From assembly GCF_006345805.1 (NCBI RefSeq), contig NC_043000.1, positions 73,780,001 to 73,844,000 on the forward strand: a stretch of 64,000 nucleotides of DNA. Reading direction: 5' to 3'. The DNA comes from Octopus sinensis (taxonomy: Eukaryota). Shown here in pieces: positions 26,124 through 39,984 of the stretch (positions within the stretch are counted from its first letter, which is position 1; each line of letters opens with the position of its first letter). The translations under genes were made by a program, and so were the position numbers. The notes beneath the pieces were generated by a model that saw only the letters and a program-made list of their open reading frames with translations, was not told the origin of the DNA and searched no databases.

Positions 26124-26135
26124 ATATATATATAC

Positions 26136-26166
<31 letters not shown>

Positions 26167-26384
26167 TAATAATAAATATTAGGGAATAAATCCAAACTTA
26201 CAGGGAAAAATCAGATTTAGGATTGAATCCAATTTTATAGTAAAATATTATATTATATTAAATTAGAGACAAAACCACTATTAGGCAAATCATACAATGA
26301 AAAACTTAAGCCAATACATAAGATTATTTAATTTATATTATTTAAATATATAACAAAATTATTAAAAAAATATAATTAATATAT

Positions 26385-26448
26385 CACTACGATCGTTTCA
26401 TGGCTGTTAATTTCTTTAAATTTTCAAGTCACAGTCATTCATCAGGTG
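26385..26448 (-). ncRNA. Hammerhead ribozyme (type I, minimal palindromic stem III)
   Basis: CAC-CTGATGA-ATGACTGT...ACAGCCAT-GAAA-CGATCG-TA-GTG. Confidence 0.75.
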
Positions 26449-27123
26449 GTTTAAATATCAGACTCAATATTCAATAAACCATTAAATATTTATTATTTAG
26501 TAATAAAATATTTAGTAATAAAATGAACAACCATCTATAATCTAACTATAATTAAAAACAAAACCTAACTAACTAAAATAATCTATTATAATAAGTACTA
26601 CAAATCACCTGGTATATTTATAATACTATTACATAAAACAACAAATAGGGAGCTAATTAAGGCTAAGAAATAATCATTATTTATCAAGAAATTTATTATA
26701 TAAGTAAAGTAACTTGTGTCTGCATTTTATTTTGCGCTCATCACAGGTATTCAGTAAATTATCATGCTTATAAAATAAAATTTCCTTAAACTCATTAGAG
26801 CATAAATAACAAAAATTCGCTCCTATAGTATATGATTTAGTTTTACTAATTATTTCCCAAGATAAATTATAATTAATAAATTTCTTGATAAATAATGATT
26901 ATTTCTTAGCCTTAATTAGCTCCCTATTTGTTGTTTTATGTAATAGTATTATAAATATACCAGGTGATTTGTAGTACTTATTATAATAGATTATTTTAGT
27001 TAGTTAGGTTTTGTTTTTAATTATAGTTAGATTATAGATGGTTGTTCATTTTATTACTAAATATTTTATTACTAAATAATAAATATTTAATGGTTTATTG
27101 AATATTGAGTCTGATATTTAAAC

Positions 27124-27187
27124 CACCTGATGAATGACTGTGACTTGAAAATTTAAAGAAATTAACAGCCATGAAACGATAGTAGTG
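27124..27187 (+). ncRNA. Hammerhead ribozyme, right-arm copy (stem III CGATAG, one substitution)
   Basis: CAC-CTGATGA-ATGACTGT...ACAGCCAT-GAAA-CGATAG-TA-GTG. Confidence 0.7.
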
Positions 27188-27348
27188 ATATATTAATTAT
27201 ATTTTTTTAATAATTTTGTTATATATTTAAATAATATAAATTAAATAATCTTATGTATTGGCTTAAGTTTTTCATTGTATGATTTGCCTATTAGTGGTTT
27301 TGTCTCTAATTTAATATATATACATATATATATATATATGTGTGTGTG

Positions 27349-27420
<72 letters not shown>

Positions 27421-29503
27421 AGAGAGAGAGAGAGATGTATATATATATATATATACTACACATATGAGGAATTCTGTCAGTGGGTGTGTTTGTTCGTGGA
27501 ATTGTTAGCAAATCCTCCTACATTGTCTTATCGATTTTGATGAAACTTGACACGTGAGTAGAACTCAGGTCTGGAAACCTCGTGACATACTTAGATTGTT
27601 GAAAACAAAATCAATAATAGGGCCCCTGGAATGGATCGTTATATCTTCTACATATAACGAATATATCTTATTTAAACACCCAAGGGAAATAACCCATAGC
27701 ACCTGCACTTACAATTGTCAGTTTTTAGCGAAGCGATCAATATTTGATTCTCACGATCAGCGGACCTAATTCTGCATTTCACTACTTACAGTTTTGATCT
27801 GCTAAACCTTATTATTGCACTTTCTTGATTTGAATTTTAAACCTTAAAGACTTCATGCAAATTTATATACATACATACTTTTTTGCGCTTATATATAGTA
27901 CATTTATATATTAGCTTTAATAAATTAGCCTTTGATAAAGTTAACCTTTAAAATGCTACGATAAGTAAGAGTATGAATGAGTATTTCTATTTCACAAGCT
28001 GCTCTAATGCGACAACGGCGATCTCAAGTAAGTCTCCAATTCATTATATTTGATATTTACTAAATCAAACAATTATTCTTTGTCTATTCTACTTCAATAT
28101 CTAAACAGTTATATACATATTGCTGTAATTAATTTAGACATTGCATGAATAGACATTTTTTCAATATCTCCAAATAACTAAATGCTGGTAATCTATGTAG
28201 AGTTTTCAGTTAAATTTGATTACATTTTAAATGCCCATAACTCCGATAATTCTGCATATAAAAAGACGAGTGACAATGATCTCATCTTTGTGGCTAGGGA
28301 TTTCAATGGGCATGTCGGACGGCAGCTTGGTATCTTCCACGGTGTTCATGGGAGACATGGAATTGGTTCCTGAAATGAAGACAGAACAAGGCTACTGGAG
28401 TTCTGCTTGCCAGATCGATTTCATTCTCACCAGACAGCAGGATGCGTGTCTGGTTGCTCTTAAGTACAAAGACCGTCTTTCATGAAGAATGTAACCTCCA
28501 CTCCAGCATAAATTAGTCATTAGCAACTTTAGACTCCATGCCAGAAGGATGCCAAGAAGCAGACCAATCTGGAAAAGAAGGATTTGGAAAGGACCCTTCA
28601 TATAGTCAGAGATTTAGGGACATCCTAATTGAGAAATTTGATGAGTGGGAGGAGGAGCTACAAACTTATGACAAAGAGGGAAATGAGAATTCCTGCAGGA
28701 CATCTTGCTGAGTGTCACAGACCAAATCTGTGGCCGGTGCAAATTCCTATCCAGACTGAGGGTAACGTGGTGGTGGAACAATACTGTAGACAGGGCCATT
28801 AGGGCAAAGAAACAGGCCTGGAAGAGTAGGGGCAGCAGGGAACTATATCAGATAGCCAGACGAGAAGCTAGGAGACAGGCGTATCTAGCCAAGAGAGAAG
28901 CAGAAAAGAATTTTTCCTATGTTTAGTGTTGTGAAGACCAAAGAACTTAAGTATTTCGGATTGCAAGACAGTGTGTGAGAGAAATGTGTCTGCATGAATG
29001 ATGGTGAACTTGCTTTCAATGGGTCTGCAAAGAAAGAGGTTTGGAGATGCCGTTATGAAAGACTGCTGAATGTGGAGAATGAATGGGAGGAGAGTGCCAA
29101 ATGTTGACCCAATTGAGGAACCAGGTACCCGAATCAATAGTACTTTGGTAGATAAAGCAATTAAGGATATGAAGACAGGGAAAGCCACCAGACCATCAGG
29201 AATCACCACTGAGATGCTTCAAATATCTGGTGGTGTGGGTTATGGTCTAGTCATCCATTTTGTAAATCAGGTGGTTCATGAAGGAGTCATATGCAATGAC
29301 TTGTGTAACAGCATAGTCAACTGCTACAAAGGTAAAGGTGATGCCTTAGAGAGAAATAATTACAGAGGTAATGGAAGTTACGGAGAGAGCCATAGCTTAA
29401 CTAATTGGGGAGAGAGTTAGTCTAGATGAGATGCAGTTTGGTTTTGTGCCAGGTAGAAGCACCACTGATAAGGCAACTACAGGAGAAATACCTAGACAAA
29501 GAT

Positions 29504-30639
29504 TGTGTGTAGACAATTCGTCAATTGGACAATAAACCAACATGCAAAAGTATTGATCACGGAATTCATCAAAATGGAACGAGGAGGCAGAAAGTTTCTA
29601 TACAAAGGGTACGCCTATATTATTCATGGAACCAAGAAAAAAACTTTTTGGAGATGCACAAATTGTAAATTGTGCACTGCTTGACTGATGAAATTAGCAT
29701 GACTCCTTCTGAACATGTATATCCAGCTACACCGATTGAAAATCACACTGCAAAGGTTAAGGAAGAAATAAAGCTTCTTTCTGGATGAGCTGAACAATTG
29801 CTAAGCTCTATAGTTGAAACCGTAGCTTCCAATATCCCCTTCAGCATTGCTGGATGCTTACTGAACATGGAATCTCTTAAACATACAGTGCGATGGAAAA
29901 GACCAGTTATTAATGGAGATGAATTGTATAAAATGCCAAGAGGTGATAATTTTTTACTATATAGAAATGATGAGGTTTCTATATTTGCTACTTTCTTTAT
30001 TTGTTTCAGTCATTTGACTGCAGCTATGCTGGAGCACCACCTTTGGTCGAGCAAATCGGCCTCAGAGCTTATTCTGTGTAAATCTAGTACTTATTCTAGC
30101 GGTCTTTTTTGTCGAACCGCTAAGTTACAGGGGCGTAAACACACCAGCATCGGTTGTCAAGCAATGTTGGGGGGACAAACATGGACACACAAACATATGC
30201 ACACATACACACACATATATATACATATACGACGGGCTTTTTCTAGTTTCCGTCAACCAAATCCACTCACAAGGCTTTGGTCGGCCCGAGGCTATAGCAG
30301 AAGGCACTTGCCGAAGGTGCCACGCTGTGGAACTGAACCCATGACCCTGTGGTTGGTAAGCAAGCTACTAACCACACAGCCACCAAAAATTTAGAAATTT
30401 TATCCAAGAAAAGTGAATGGTTTTGTAACGGAACGTTTGACTGTGATCCTTTAGGTAAGTAATATCTTTTTATAAAGGATCACAAATTTTTACTTTGTTT
30501 TTAAAAAATGTCAATATATTATTCTTTTGGCAAATTGTCCAATCGGTCAATTGTCCTGCCTGTAAGTTGTCCGTCAGACAATTGTCTGTTGGCCAGTTGT
30601 CTGTCGGCCAACTATCTGTCAATAAATTGTCCATCTACC
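29504..30639 (+). mobile_element. FLYWCH/MULE (Mutator superfamily, Phantom-like) DNA transposon relic
   Basis: 9 bp TSD GACAAAGAT/GCCAAAGAT inside the RTE ORF; RGGRKFLYKGYAY..FWRC..C; EWFCNGTF; about 15 bp subterminal repeats (AATTGTCC-like) at 30530-30635. Confidence 0.75.
29992..30381 (-). mobile_element. SINE family A inserted in the MULE relic
   Basis: Reverse complement of the 63231-63635 type. Confidence 0.85.
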
Positions 30640-31758
30640 GCCAAAGATAAACCTCTATACTTGGCTTTTGTTGACTCGGAAAAGCTTTTGACAGGATTAC
30701 CTTATCTGGTGGTCAATGTAGAAACAAGGGATAGATAAGTGGTTGGTGAGAGCCGTACAAGACTTGTACAAGGACGCTACCAGTAAGGTGAGAGTGGGCA
30801 ACGAGTACAGTGAAGAATTCAGGGTACAAGTAGGGATTCACCAGGGTTATGTGATGCGTATGGATGAGGAAAGCTGTGCAAAGAAGTGCCGATGTCTAAC
30901 TGTGGAGGGAAACAGTGGTAGACATGGGACAAGGCGGTGAAGCATGATCCTCGAACTTTGAGCTTCACAGAGGCAATGACTGGTGACAAAGACCTTTGGT
31001 GATGTGTTGTGCTTGAGAGGACCCATCAAGCCAAGTGCACCTGTGTTGGTGGCATGTAAAGAGCATCTTTTGAGTGTTGGGCCTTGCGATGGCAAAGTGA
31101 CTGAGTTCCTCTCAAGCATTGGGCCTCACAGAGGTAAAGTGGCCGAGTTCCTCTTGAGTGCTACGCCTCACAGAGGCAAAGCGGCTGAGTTCCTTTCAAG
31201 TGTTGAACCACATGGAGACAAGTTGGCTGACTTCCTCTCGAGTGTTGGGCCTAATGGAGGCAAAGTGGCTGAGTTTCTGTTGAGTGTTGGGCCTCATGGA
31301 GGCAATGACCAAGACCACTGGCATTCTGTCATGCTTGAGATTACTTGTCAAGCTGAGCAAAATTGCAGTTGTAGCAAACAACTGTCTCACCGGTGTGTGT
31401 TTATGTGCCACCAGCACGAGTGCCAATATTGGTGGCGCATAAACACACACCGTTATCACACAAATGGTACCTATGCCCGTGGCACGTAAGAGCACCCATT
31501 ACACTCTCAGAGTGGTTGGTATTAGGTAGGGCATCCATCTGTAGAAAATTGTACCAAGTCTAGTACAGCCTTCGAGCTGCATCCAACCCATGCCAGCATG
31601 GACAACGGACATTAAATGATGATAATGGTGATATATAAAAGTATGCAGCAATAGATTCAAGATTTCTCTCTCTTAGTTTTGTAAAATATTTACAGCTAGA
31701 GCACCAAGAAGAGTAACTTGTGTGATAACGGTGTGTGTTTATGCGCTTTTATGTTTTT

Positions 31759-31785
31759 AAACCAAGGAAAGGAATTCCTTCAAAG

Positions 31786-31847
<62 letters not shown>

Positions 31848-31849
31848 AG

Positions 31850-31899
<50 letters not shown>

Positions 31900-31926
31900 C
31901 TTTGAAGGAATTCCTTTCCTTAGTTT
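31759..31926. repeat. About 30 bp inverted repeat enclosing a (TA)n tract
   Basis: AAGGAAAGGAATTCCTTCAAAGGAATA...TATTCCTTTGAAGGAATTCCTTTCCTT. Confidence 0.85.
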
Positions 31927-31975
31927 GTTACATTAATGTGTGCGTGTGTGTCTGTGTGTCTGTGTGTGTGTGTGC

Positions 31976-34900
31976 TAGTATGGATTGGACGATTTGACTG
32001 AGGTCTCGCAGATGGCTGCACCATGCTCCAATCTGATCTGGCAGAGTTTCTAAGCTGGATGCCCTTCCTAATGCCAACCACTCCGAGAGTGTAGTGGGTG
32101 CCTTGCTGTGCCACCGGCACGGGGGCCAGTCAGGCGGTAATGCCAATGGCCACGCTCCAATGGTGCTTTTTATGCGCCACCTGAACAGGAGCCAGGCCAG
32201 CGGCACTGGCAACGACCTCGCTCGACTGTTTTTTCACGGGCCACCAGCACAAGTGCCAGTAAGGCGACGCAGGTAACGATCACACTCGAATGGTGCTTTT
32301 TACGTGCCACCGGCACGGAAGTCAGCTTGTTGCACTGACAACGATCACGCAGGGAGCACCAGCTCTTAGTGCTTCCACTAGCACGGATGCCAGTCATCGA
32401 ATTTGATTTCGATTTCAATTTCACTTGCCTCACCATGTCTTCGCGAGCAGAGTTTAATGTCCAATGAAATAATGGTACGCATAAGTGGGCTGGTTACACA
32501 GTTACACCCCTGGCATAGGCCACGTAGTTATGGCCTTTCTTGGCTTGCCGAGTCTTCTCAAGCACAGTATATTTCCAAAGGTCCGGTCACTAGTCATTGC
32601 CTCGGTGAGGCCCAGTGTTCGAAGGTCATGCTTAACCAACTCATCCCAGGTCTTCCTGGGTCTGCCTCTTCCACAAGTTCCCTCAACCACTAGGGTGTGG
32701 AACTTTTTCACACAGCTATCCACATCCATTCTCACCACATGACCATACCAGCGTAGTCATCTCTCTTGCACACCACATCTTCTTAGGTCCAACTTTTCTC
32801 TCAAGGTACTTACACTGACATTACACATCCATCGGATCATACTGGCTTCATTCCTTGCGAGCTTACGCATGTCCTCGGCAGTCAAGCATGGCTGTTCGTA
32901 CACATGCGTTATACTGTCTACCTTTTACTCTGAGCGAGAGGCCCTTTGTCACCAGCAAGATAAGAGCTCTCTGAACTTTGCCCAAGCTATTCTAGCAGCT
33001 ACACTTTCAGTGCAACCTCACCCGTTACTAACTTGGTCACCTAGGTAACGGACGCTATCAACTACTTCTAGTTTATCTCCCGTGAATGTGGCAGTTGTTC
33101 TCTGCACGTTTTCAGTGTTTATTGCTCCTGAGCATCTGCCACATACAAAAACGATCTTCCCAGTTAGCCTTCCTTTGATATTGTTGCACCCCTTATGTGT
33201 CCATAGCTTACACTAGGTACATCTTATAGAGTTTCTACCTACGCCTTTTCTACAGATCGAGCAGGGCCAGCTACCTGAAGGGATTTGTGGTTTGCCTGCC
33301 TTCCTACTTATTAGGACTTTGGTTTTAGCTAGGTTGGCTCTAAAGCACTTTGATTCTAATCCTTGTTTCTACACTTGAAACTTCTCCTCTGGTTCTGATA
33401 GTGACTCAGCAATTAGAGCAAGGTTGTCAGCATAGAGAAGTTCCCAGGGGCATCCTGAGGAGGCTGAAGACTGAACCTTGGTGGACCCTAACCCTAACCC
33501 TACCTCTACGCTGAATTCTTCCGTGTACTTGTTGCCAACCCTCACCTTACTGACAGCGTCCCTGTACATGGCTTGCACAGCTCCCACTAACCATTCTTCT
33601 ATCCCTAGTTTCCTCATTGACCACGAACCCAAACTGCATCTCATCTAAACTGACTCTCTCCCTAATTAGTTGGGCTATTACCCTCTCTGTGATCTTCATT
33701 ACCTGATCCAACAGCTTGATACCTCTGTAATTATTTGTATCTACCTTTATAGCAGTTGACTATTATGCTGCTACACCAGTCATTGGGTATGACTCCTTCG
33801 TGTATCACCTGGTTAACTATACGGATGACTAGGCTATAGCCGACACTGCCATATATTTTGAGCATCTCTGTAGTAATTCCTGATGGGCCGGGGGCTTTCC
33901 CTGTCTTCATATTCTTAATTGCTTTATCTAACAAGGTACTGTCAACTCGGATAGCTGGTCCCTCTGTTGGGTCAACATTCGGCAGACTCTCTTTCTCCCA
34001 TTCATTTTCTTTATTCAGCAACCTTTCATAGCCTCGTTTAGTGTAAGAGAACCATCATCCATGCGGACACATTTCTCTCCTACAACATCGCGATTCTCTC
34101 TCACACACTATCTTGCAACACGAAATACCTCAAGTCTTTAGTCCTCAGGGCGCAGAACAATGGAAAATTTTTTCTTATCTGCTTCCCCTCTGGCTATTAC
34201 CCTGTCTCCAAGCTTCCTTTCTGGCAGTCTGATACAATTTTCTGCTACCATCGTTCTTCCAGTCCTTCCAAGCCTGTTTCTTTTCTCTAATAGCCCTGTC
34301 AACAACATTGTTCCATCACCACGTGATTTTGGGTCGAGAGTGGACTTTGCACCATCCACGGATCTTGTCAGTGGCCCTCAGCAGGATGTCCCGTAGACAC
34401 CTCCAGTTGTCTTTTACATCGTGTGAAGATATATCCCCCTTCTATTTCGTCAAAGGCTTCGAGTAATATGTCTCTAAATCTCTGTCCATTCGCAGGATCT
34501 TTAAGCTTCCAGACCCTTCTCCTCCATGCTGATCGTCTTCTGGGCATCCATTTAGCCCTGATCCTGAAGTCACTAACTACCAGTCTATGTTGTGGAGTAC
34601 ATTCTTCGCCTGGGAAGGTTTTGGCATTTATAAGCAGCCATCTTGCCCTTTTTCTGGTGAGGATATAGTCAATTTGGCTAGTATGTCTGCCAGAACGATA
34701 GGTAACTAGGTGACTGGCAGGTTTCCTGAAGTTAGTATTGCAAACCATAAGATCATTTGCATCGCAGAACTCCAGCAGCTTGGTTCCCTCCAAATTGCGG
34801 GAACCAAAACCGTAGCCTCCATGTACGCCATGGAAGCCATATGTATGTTTCCAACATGTCCATTGAAGTCACCATCCACAAAGAGAAGTTCCCTGTCATT

Positions 34901-35000
34901 CATCAACAAGGTAGTCTGCAAGAGAGTGTCATAGAATCGGTCTTTCTGTCCATCGGGTTGCCCCGGCTGAGGGGCATAGGCCGAGATAATGGTTGCTAAA
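31976..35000 (-). mobile_element. Degenerate RTE-clade LINE with tandem subrepeats in the 3' UTR
   Basis: GDFNGHVG, SQIDYIL, QHRLVV, GKAPGPSGI, WELLYAD, GRGRPRKTW. Confidence 0.88.
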
Positions 35001-35027
35001 TATATATGAGCAGGCTCGAATCAGGTC

Positions 35028-36985
35028 TGGCAAAGTTTCTACAGCTGAATGTCCTTCCTAACGCCAACCACCCCGAGAGTGTAGTGGGTGCTTTTATGTT
35101 TCACTGGCATGAGGGCCAGTCAGGTGGTACTGGCACGACCATGCTCATATGGTGCTTTTTACGTGCCACCTGCACAGGAGTCAGTCCGGTGGAACTGGCA
35201 GCGACCACGCTCGAATGGTACTTTTTACGTGCTACCGGCACAGGAGCCAGTTAGGCAATGCTGGTTACAATCACGCTCAAATGGTGATTTTTACGTGCCA
35301 CAGGCATGGGAGCCAGTCAGCGGCCCTGGCAACAATCACACTCAAATGATGCTTTTAACATTCTACTGGCACAGGTGCCAATCAGGTGGTGCTGTCATCG
35401 GCCACAACAATGATTTCACTTGCCTCAACAAGTCTTTGCAAGCGTAGTTTATTGTTAAGGGTAACCTTAAATGGGCTGGTTATACAGCACTGGCATAAGA
35501 CACAGTTATGGTCTCATTTGGCTTGCCAGGTCTTCTCAAGCACAGGTTGAGCTCATCTCCGAAGGTCTCGGTCATTTGTCATTGCCTTGGTGAGGCCCAG
35601 TTTTCCTCAACTGCTAGGGTGCGACGCTTCTTCACACAACTATCCTTATCCATTCGCAACACATGACCATACCAGCAGTCATCTCTCTTGCACACCACAT
35701 CTCATGCTTCTTAAGTACAAATTTTCTTTCAGGGCGCTTACACTCTTTTGTGTATGCACACTGATATTACACATCCAGCGGATCATACTGGCTTCATTCC
35801 TTGCAACCTTCACGTGTCCTCAGCAGTCACAGCCCATGTTTCACTGCCATGTAGCATGTCTGTTTGCACACATGCTTCATACAGTCCACCAGCAGGTGTA
35901 TGAGCTCTCTGAATTTGCCCGGGCTATTCTTATTCTAGCAGCTACACTTTCAGAGCATCCACTCCAGCTACTGACTTGGTCACCTAGGTAATGGAAGCTA
36001 TCAACCACTTGTAGTTTTTCCCCCTGGAATGTGATGGAAGCTGTTCTCAGCACGTTTTCAGTGTTTATTGCTCCTGAGCATTTACCACATACAAAAACTA
36101 TCTTCCCAGTTAGCTTTCCTTTGATATTGCTGCACCTCTTATGTGTCCATAGGTTAAACAGGGTACATCTTATGGAATTTCTACCTACGCCTTTTCTACA
36201 GATTGAGCAGAGCCGTCTACCTGAAAGGATTTGTAGATGTCTGACTTCCTACTAATTAAAATTTTCGCTTTTGCTAGATTGACTCTAAGACCCTTTTATT
36301 CTAGACCTTGCTTCCATACCTGAAATTTCTCCTCTAGTTCTGATAGTGACTCAGCAATTAGAGCAAGGTCATCAGCATAGAGGAGCTCCCAGGGGCATCC
36401 TGTCTTGAATTCCTCTGTTATTGCCTGGAGGACTATGACGAATAAGAGAGGGCTGAGGGCTGATACTTGGTGGACCCTACCCCTACTCAGAATTCTTCCC
36501 TGTACTTGTTGCCAACTCTCACCTTACTGACAGCACCCCTGTACATGGCTTGTACAACTCTCACTAACCATTCATCTATTCCTAGTTTCCTCATTGATCA
36601 CCAGATAAGGGATTGGCGGACCCTACCAAAGTATTTCTCCATGTCAACGAAAGCCAGGTACAGAGGTTATTCTTTGGCTAGGTATTTCTCTTGCAGCTGT
36701 CTTACCAGAAATATAGCATCAGTGGTGCTTTTTCCTGGCACAGACCCAAACTACATCTCATCTAGACAGACTCTCTCCCTAATTAGTTGGGCTATAACCC
36801 TCTCCGTGACTTTCATTACCTGATCCACCAACTTGATACCTATGTAATTATTTGCATCTAATAGGTCACCTTTACCTTTGTAGCAGTTGACTATTATGCT
36901 GCTACACCAGTCATTGGGTATGACTCCTTCGTGTATCACCTGGTTGACTATAAGCCTAACTAGACTATGGCCGACACTACCATAC
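35028..36985 (-). mobile_element. 5'-truncated RTE-clade LINE
   Basis: IPNDWCSSIIVNCYKGKGD, LLYADDL region; same 3' UTR subrepeats as the 31976-35000 copy. Confidence 0.85.
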
Positions 36986-37061
36986 ATACATATATATATA
37001 TATATACAATATATATATTATATATTATTATATATATACATATATATATAATATAATATAT

Positions 37062-37094
<33 letters not shown>

Positions 37095-37143
37095 TACCTA
37101 TATATATATATATATCTACATAATATATATATATATTATATAC

Positions 37144-37185
<42 letters not shown>

Positions 37186-37187
37186 TA

Positions 37188-37219
<32 letters not shown>

Positions 37220-37266
37220 TATATATATATTACATATTATATACATATATATATATATATCATATA

Positions 37267-37306
<40 letters not shown>

Positions 37307-37433
37307 CATGATATTATATTATATATACATATATATTATATATATACATATATATATATATATTATACATATATATATATATATATACATCTATATATAT
37401 ATCTATATATATATAATACACATATATATATAT

Positions 37434-37483
<50 letters not shown>

Positions 37484-37496
37484 TTATATATATATA

Positions 37497-37571
<75 letters not shown>

Positions 37572-37704
37572 TATATATCTTATATATATATACATATATA
37601 TATATATATAATAATTATACATATATATATCTATATATATATCTTACATATATATTATATATAATCTATTATATATCTATATATATCTATATATATATAT
37701 ATAC

Positions 37705-37755
<51 letters not shown>

Positions 37756-37838
37756 AGACATATATATAATATATATTATATACATATATATATACATATA
37801 ATATACATATATATATACATATATATAATATATATATA

Positions 37839-37882
<44 letters not shown>

Positions 37883-38091
37883 ATATATATATATAATATA
37901 TACATATATATATAATATATATATATATACATAGATATCTTATATATAATATATATATCTATATATATATATATATCTATCATATAAGATATATATATAC
38001 ATATATCTATAATATATATACAATATTATAATATATATATATATACATATATATATATCTACATATATATATATATATATCTAATATACTC

Positions 38092-38125
<34 letters not shown>

Positions 38126-38441
38126 CATATATAATATATATACATATATACATACTATATATATACATATACTATAATATATATATATACATATATATAT
38201 ATATAATATATATATACATATATATATATACATATATATATATATTCATATATATTATATATCCATATCTATATATATATATATATATATACATATATAC
38301 TATATATTATATATATACATATATATATATATATCTATAATATATATATATATATATATATCTATATATCTATACATTATATTATATATATAATATAATA
38401 TATATATATACACTAATATATATATATATCTATAGACTATA

Positions 38442-38491
<50 letters not shown>

Positions 38492-38871
38492 ATATATCTA
38501 TATATATATATATATACTTCATATATATACTTATATATATATATATATACAATATATATATATATAATATATATATCATATATATATATCTAATATATAT
38601 ATAACATATATATATATATATATATATAATATATATTATAGATATATAATATATCTATTATATAGTATATATATATATTATACATATATATATATATATA
38701 TACATATATATATAATATACTATACAATTATATATATTATATATATATACATATATCTATATATAATATATATATATATATTATATATATATCTATATAT
38801 ACATATATATATATCATATCTATACATATATATTCTATATACATATATATATATATATATATTATATATAC

Positions 38872-38907
<36 letters not shown>

Positions 38908-38981
38908 TATATATACATACATAGCATATATCTATATCTATATATACTATATATATCTATATATACATATATTCTATATCC

Positions 38982-39035
<54 letters not shown>
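36986..39035. repeat. About 2 kb imperfect (TA)n tract
   Basis: Direct inspection. Confidence 0.95.
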
Positions 39036-39036
<1 letters not shown>

Positions 39037-39208
39037 TGAGTGTATTTTTGCCTTGTTAACAATTAACACGAAAAAAAATAGTTACCACAGGGTAGCAAAA
39101 ATCACACAAGTAAAGAGGTTGTAACGCCTTGTTCATAAAGGTAGAAACTTCGTGTTTACGTGGAATGTTTTGTATAATATATAAATCAGGTATAAATCAA
39201 ATACTTTT

Positions 39209-39295
39209 ACTTTCGACACATGTTTCGAAAATTCCACTGATATTATTCAAAAGAATAAATGGTATAAAACAATGCAATCTTCTCTTCAGGAAAGT
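39209..39295 (-). ncRNA. Hammerhead ribozyme (canonical core, GUC site)
   Basis: ACTTTC-CTGAAGA-GAAGATT...AATTTTC-GAAA-CATGTG-TC-GAAAGT. Confidence 0.8.
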
Positions 39296-39343
39296 GAAAA
39301 AACTAAACTCGTCAATAAGATATTTTAGCATATATATATATAT

Positions 39344-39382
<39 letters not shown>

Positions 39383-39408
39383 TATATGTATATATATGTA
39401 TATATATG

Positions 39409-39459
<51 letters not shown>

Positions 39460-39642
39460 AGTGATAGTCTATTCTATTCTATTATTCTATTTATTCTTTT
39501 ATCTACTTTATCACTGATTCTTTTGACCACTCCCCTAAGAAAGACAGTTTGCGCCATGCCTACCCCAAAAAGTCCCCCACCACCACCACCACCACTTTAA
39601 ATCTGCCTAAATGTATAAATGCCAAAACTATTCTTGTCACCA

Positions 39643-39693
39643 AGCTTCCTGATGATTTCTTTTGAATGAAACAGTTCTAGTCCTGTAGAAGCT
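39643..39693 (+). ncRNA. Hammerhead ribozyme (compact, GUA site)
   Basis: AGCTTC-CTGATGA-TTTC TTTT GAAT-GAAA-CAG TTCTAGTC CTG-TA-GAAGCT. Confidence 0.85.
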
Positions 39694-39906
39694 CCTTCTA
39701 TAAAATAAATTAATTTACTCTGCTATGTATTGAGTACTTTATTTACTGTGGTTAACCCCGACTCAACCCGGGACCTACATATATATATATATATATATAG
39801 AAATTCAGGGTGAGCACTTGATAATTGTAAGCACCTGTATATACCGTTTGGTGGTGTAGGTGGTGGAGTAAATTAATCAAAATAAAAACATGATGCCAAG
39901 GATTCA

Positions 39907-39984
39907 GCGGTACATATGTTTCGGGCCTTTATTAGAAGGATTTATAACAATGCATAATGTGTGTCTATGGCCTTCTTCAGCCGC
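39907..39984 (-). ncRNA. Hammerhead ribozyme (palindromic minimal stem III)
   Basis: GCGG-CTGAAGA-AGGCC...GGCCC-GAAA-CATATG-TA-CCGC. Confidence 0.78.

Larger units (their letters stand above)
26172..27318 (-). mobile_element. Penelope-like element 3' end with inverted 445 bp pLTR (palindrome)
   Basis: Arms 26254-26698 and 26874-27318; spacer translates on minus strand to WEIISKTKSY..CYLCSNEFKEILFY..LLNTCDE..KCRHK, the PLE GIY-YIG C-terminus. Confidence 0.88.
28270..31632 (+). mobile_element. Degenerate RTE-clade LINE (APE to RT to 3' tail), split by a MULE relic
   Basis: DFNGHVG, QIDFIL, MKTGKA..SGI, QFGF.PGRST, EKYL/KPLYLAFVD; 3' tail CATCCAACCCATGCCAGCATGGA...GATGAT. Confidence 0.82.

Noticed and set aside
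30983-31489. 168 aa ORF with a 14 aa repeat (GKVAEFLLSVGPHG)
   Set aside because: Read-through of a 42 bp minisatellite in an RTE 3' UTR
35090-35420. Repeat-spacer-like periodicity resembling a CRISPR array (also 19944-20195, 32100-32400)
   Set aside because: Whole units are homologous, with no unique spacers; eukaryotic LINE context; no cas genes
36986-39035. Possible higher-order structure in the 2 kb TA tract
   Set aside because: Interruptions look irregular, consistent with slippage or sequencing noise
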